NCBI GenBank assembly: GCA_963845085.1
Contig: CAWJQI010000004.1
Location: 128,001-192,000, forward strand
Origin: Candidatus Fermentibacterota bacterium
Lineage (GTDB): Bacteria > Fermentibacterota > Fermentibacteria > Fermentibacterales > JCC-6
DNA length: 64,000 nt
Direction: 5' to 3'
The first letter of the stretch is position 1. Every line of letters starts with the position of its first letter. Both the position numbers and the translations under genes were made by a program. A model generated the notes under the pieces. It ran no database searches. It was not told the DNA's origin and saw only the letters and a program-made list of their open reading frames with translations. Positions 61,265 through 64,000 of this stretch are shown one piece after another.

Positions 61265-62664
61265 AATATCTGCTCGCCTTGATCATCACGATTGGCACAA
61301 ACCTTGAAGCCGGGGCGCTTCCGCTCGAATCGCCCTATGAAATCTGGCTCCGGCACCTCGAGGCAGCAGGCGATTCCCTGTTCCCCGGCACGCTACCCTC
61401 TCCCCTCGATGTCACAGCTGAAGGTCCATTCCGAGACCTGTGGAATGGCCTGTCCCGGCTTTCTTCAAGGCCCTCCAGGCGTTTCTTCAGCGAAAGCATT
61501 TTCTGGGGGCTCGAGGCGGCACTGCAGGGGGGGCACGATGATGAGGCCTTCACGAACGCGGCAGGCATCAAGTTCAGAACTGCGGGCACGATTGCCGGAG
61601 GGCTTACGTTCGATCACCAGGCGTCGGTCTGGACAGGCAGCGACGACCTCCCCCCGGGTGGGTTCAGCGAATACCACATCCATCCAAATCAGGAGCCGGG
61701 CAGGCACCTCTATTCGGACTGGGGCTGGCTCGACTACACATCGCGCCGCATTTCGGCAAGGCTTGGCCGCTTCGCCCAGCAATGGGGCCCCGGCAGGTTC
61801 ACCCAGCTCCTCGTCAGCGACAACTCCCCTCCGCTGGATCAGCTCCAGGCTTCATTCCGTTTCTCTGACAGGGTGAGCTTCACGGGCTTCACATCCACGA
61901 TCGAGCCTGACTCCGGCAGCTGGTTCTGCGCTCACAGGCTTGACATCCTTCCGACCGACAATCTGCGGATCGGGCTGTACGAAGGCGCGTTCTACACAAC
62001 AACAACCCTTGACCTTGCCTACACGAATCCCATTCTCTTCTGGTACGCCGTACAATGGAACGAACAGAACGACGACAACCTGTTCATGGGCCTCGACGCA
62101 ACATGGAAACCGCACCGTCACCTTGCCGTCTACATGGAATGGCTCATCGACGACATACAGTATCAAACGACATACAACCGTCCGAACAAGATGGGCGGAA
62201 CGCTCGGCGTTGACTGGGTGCACCCCTCAACGGGGCTGGCGGTTGCAGCGGAGTACACCGCCATCCAGAAATACGTCTACAGCCAGAAGCTCCTGAGCAA
62301 CATCTTCCTGCACAACGGGCGGATCATCGGGAGCGAACTGGGTCCCGACGCCGACAGGGCGACCCTCTCTCTGGGATACGCCGGCATGTGGCCCATGACG
62401 GCCGAGCTCCGGGGAAGCTTCTCCCGGCACGGCGTCGGAACTGTCTACGACGGATTCGGCGACACCGTAACGGCGGGCGAACCCTGGCCTTCGGGGATCA
62501 TCGAATACACCAGGGATGTTGAACTGAACATGAGCTACCGGCTTTCCGGGGATTTCACGCTCCATGGTTCGGCGGGCTACAGCGACACTGACAATGCGGG
62601 CAACGTTCAGGACTCGACTGCGAGCGATGCAAGGGCATCGCTGAGGCTGGTTTACGCCATCTAG
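61261..62664 (+). CDS. Capsule assembly Wzi-family outer-membrane protein
   Basis: GR..QQWGPG..QLLVSDN, AHRL, Y.NP, DDN...G.D, IG..LGPDAD. Confidence 0.8.
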   Translation: MKYLLALIITIGTNLEAGALPLESPYEIWLRHLEAAGDSLFPGTLPSPLDVTAEGPFRDLWNGLSRLSSRPSRRFFSESIFWGLEAALQGGHDDEAFTNAAGIKFRTAGTIAGGLTFDHQASVWTGSDDLPPGGFSEYHIHPNQEPGRHLYSDWGWLDYTSRRISARLGRFAQQWGPGRFTQLLVSDNSPPLDQLQASFRFSDRVSFTGFTSTIEPDSGSWFCAHRLDILPTDNLRIGLYEGAFYTTTTLDLAYTNPILFWYAVQWNEQNDDNLFMGLDATWKPHRHLAVYMEWLIDDIQYQTTYNRPNKMGGTLGVDWVHPSTGLAVAAEYTAIQKYVYSQKLLSNIFLHNGRIIGSELGPDADRATLSLGYAGMWPMTAELRGSFSRHGVGTVYDGFGDTVTAGEPWPSGIIEYTRDVELNMSYRLSGDFTLHGSAGYSDTDNAGNVQDSTASDARASLRLVYAI

Positions 62665-64000
62665 TACCTGATCGTGTAATGGAGTTCGAAGGTGGGTTCC
62701 TGGTTTCCGCTCAGGGTCGTCTTGGTGCTTCCCTGCAGGTAGATATCACGGTTGAAGTAATACTGGGCGCTCATCGTTCCGGGTTTTGCACTGAAAACGT
62801 CGTCGGTGTAGCTCACATACAGGTTGGGCAGCACGTATTTGCCGACCTCCACGGTGAGGCCGGTTGTATCCGAGAGCAGGTCCGGGCTGATCGAAAGGGC
62901 ATCGAGCCCCATTCCTTCCCTGACGCTTCTTGCCAGCATGTTCCCGAGAACTCCCTGGGTTACGCTTTCCAGCTCTGTCTCAAGCGCGCCGGAATCCATC
63001 TGCTGCATCTCTCCGTAGGTCATCCCCAGTGTGAGAAGTGTCACGATGTCCTCGTTCGTGAGGTCCCCTGCATCCCCGCTTCCCGAGAGGGCTATCTCGG
63101 GTTTTTCCGGGTCTCCCGTGACATTGACCTCGATGGTGTAGACCTCGCGGCTCATCGAACTGCGTACCCTTGCCTCGGCTGTGATGTTCAGCATGAAGCT
63201 GGGCGGGGTTCCCTGAATGATCTCCACCGTGCCGCTCGTGATGCGGAAGTCCTTGTTCAACACACTCACTGTTCCCCTGACGACGCTGATGTTGCCGGTG
63301 AAGACGGGCCGGCCTTCCTGTGTGAGAATGGTGATGTCGGCTGCAAGCTCGATGTTCATGTAGCTGTTTCTCAGCCAGAGGCCACGCTCCGCCAGAACAT
63401 CGATGTAAAGGTCCATCGGCAGCTCCGCAGCCTGGGCTTCACCGCCTGAGCCCGCCGTGCCCTGCTCGCTCTGAAGGGCGATCACTCCCTCGTCAAGCCT
63501 GATCTTTCCCCGGATGATGGGCCTCTGGCTCATGTCGCTGCTCGAGGTGGAAAGGCTTCCACTCAGCGAAACCCAGCCCATGCCGTTCAGTATCGTCTCC
63601 CATCCGTTGAGTTCGGCCCGGAAAGAGTACTCCTCAAGTTCAACGGGGGGCTCGCCGGTGCGAAGCGGGATGTTCTCGCTCAGTCTCGCCCTGAGTTCGG
63701 CTGAAAGGGCGGGATGGTTGCCCTGTCCGCTGGTGATCCGGAATGAGGCGTTGTAATCATCGCCGGCGCGCGGGTCAGGATATGAGATGTACAGCGACGA
63801 CATGGGAAACTCCAGTCCGGCGCCCGCGATGTAGAACCTCTGGAAATGGCCTGCAAGGCCCGCGGACAGGTAGGGATCATCCCTGCTGTACTCGATCCTT
63901 GAACTGATGCTCGCCCCGCTGGTCATGATGGGAAACGGCAGAATGTAGAGAAGCCAGTCTCCCACTCCTGTCAGCTCTGCTTCGAGTGCCACAAGCCTTT
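62661..64000 (-). CDS. tamB: Translocation/assembly module TamB, C-terminal part (5' end outside window)
   Basis: G.I....G, F.ITSG, VEVGKYV..NLYVSY, terminal aromatic residue; ORF open to the window edge. Confidence 0.8.
   Translation of the reverse strand, partial: RLVALEAELTGVGDWLLYILPFPIMTSGASISSRIEYSRDDPYLSAGLAGHFQRFYIAGAGLEFPMSSLYISYPDPRAGDDYNASFRITSGQGNHPALSAELRARLSENIPLRTGEPPVELEEYSFRAELNGWETILNGMGWVSLSGSLSTSSSDMSQRPIIRGKIRLDEGVIALQSEQGTAGSGGEAQAAELPMDLYIDVLAERGLWLRNSYMNIELAADITILTQEGRPVFTGNISVVRGTVSVLNKDFRITSGTVEIIQGTPPSFMLNITAEARVRSSMSREVYTIEVNVTGDPEKPEIALSGSGDAGDLTNEDIVTLLTLGMTYGEMQQMDSGALETELESVTQGVLGNMLARSVREGMGLDALSISPDLLSDTTGLTVEVGKYVLPNLYVSYTDDVFSAKPGTMSAQYYFNRDIYLQGSTKTTLSGNQEPTFELHYTIRY

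Overview
GC-rich, gene-dense bacterial chromosomal window with about 54 CDS. I found no rRNA, tRNA, CRISPR array, transposase or prophage. Many secreted proteins carry a T9SS/FlgD-Ig-like C-terminal domain and one carries a short 'WGxIK' tail, which suggests an FCB-superphylum anaerobe such as Candidatus Fermentibacterota (inference). Housekeeping content: pyrG-purF-guaA, guaB, carD-hflX, lpdA-mazG, tldD-tldE, queA-tgt-rlmD-like, thiF/thiS, corA, and partial tamB and tatD. The most striking accessory block is a ~12.5 kb, largely translationally coupled minus-strand operon (23425->10884). It encodes a porin-like protein, a VTC-domain polyphosphate polymerase, a DUF4956 membrane protein, three tandem secreted CotH-family kinases and two secreted beta-helix proteins; I propose it as a polyphosphate-export/surface-phosphorylation system. 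Other notable items: a 277-bp AT-rich element bounded by 29-bp inverted repeats, several apparent pseudoenzymes (transglutaminase, Ser/Thr kinase, histidine kinase, one CotH), a structured corA leader, a divergent DOMON/DUF4405 pair, and probable single-base frameshifts (clearest in tatD) that may be assembly errors. All family calls come from motif recognition by eye, not database searches.
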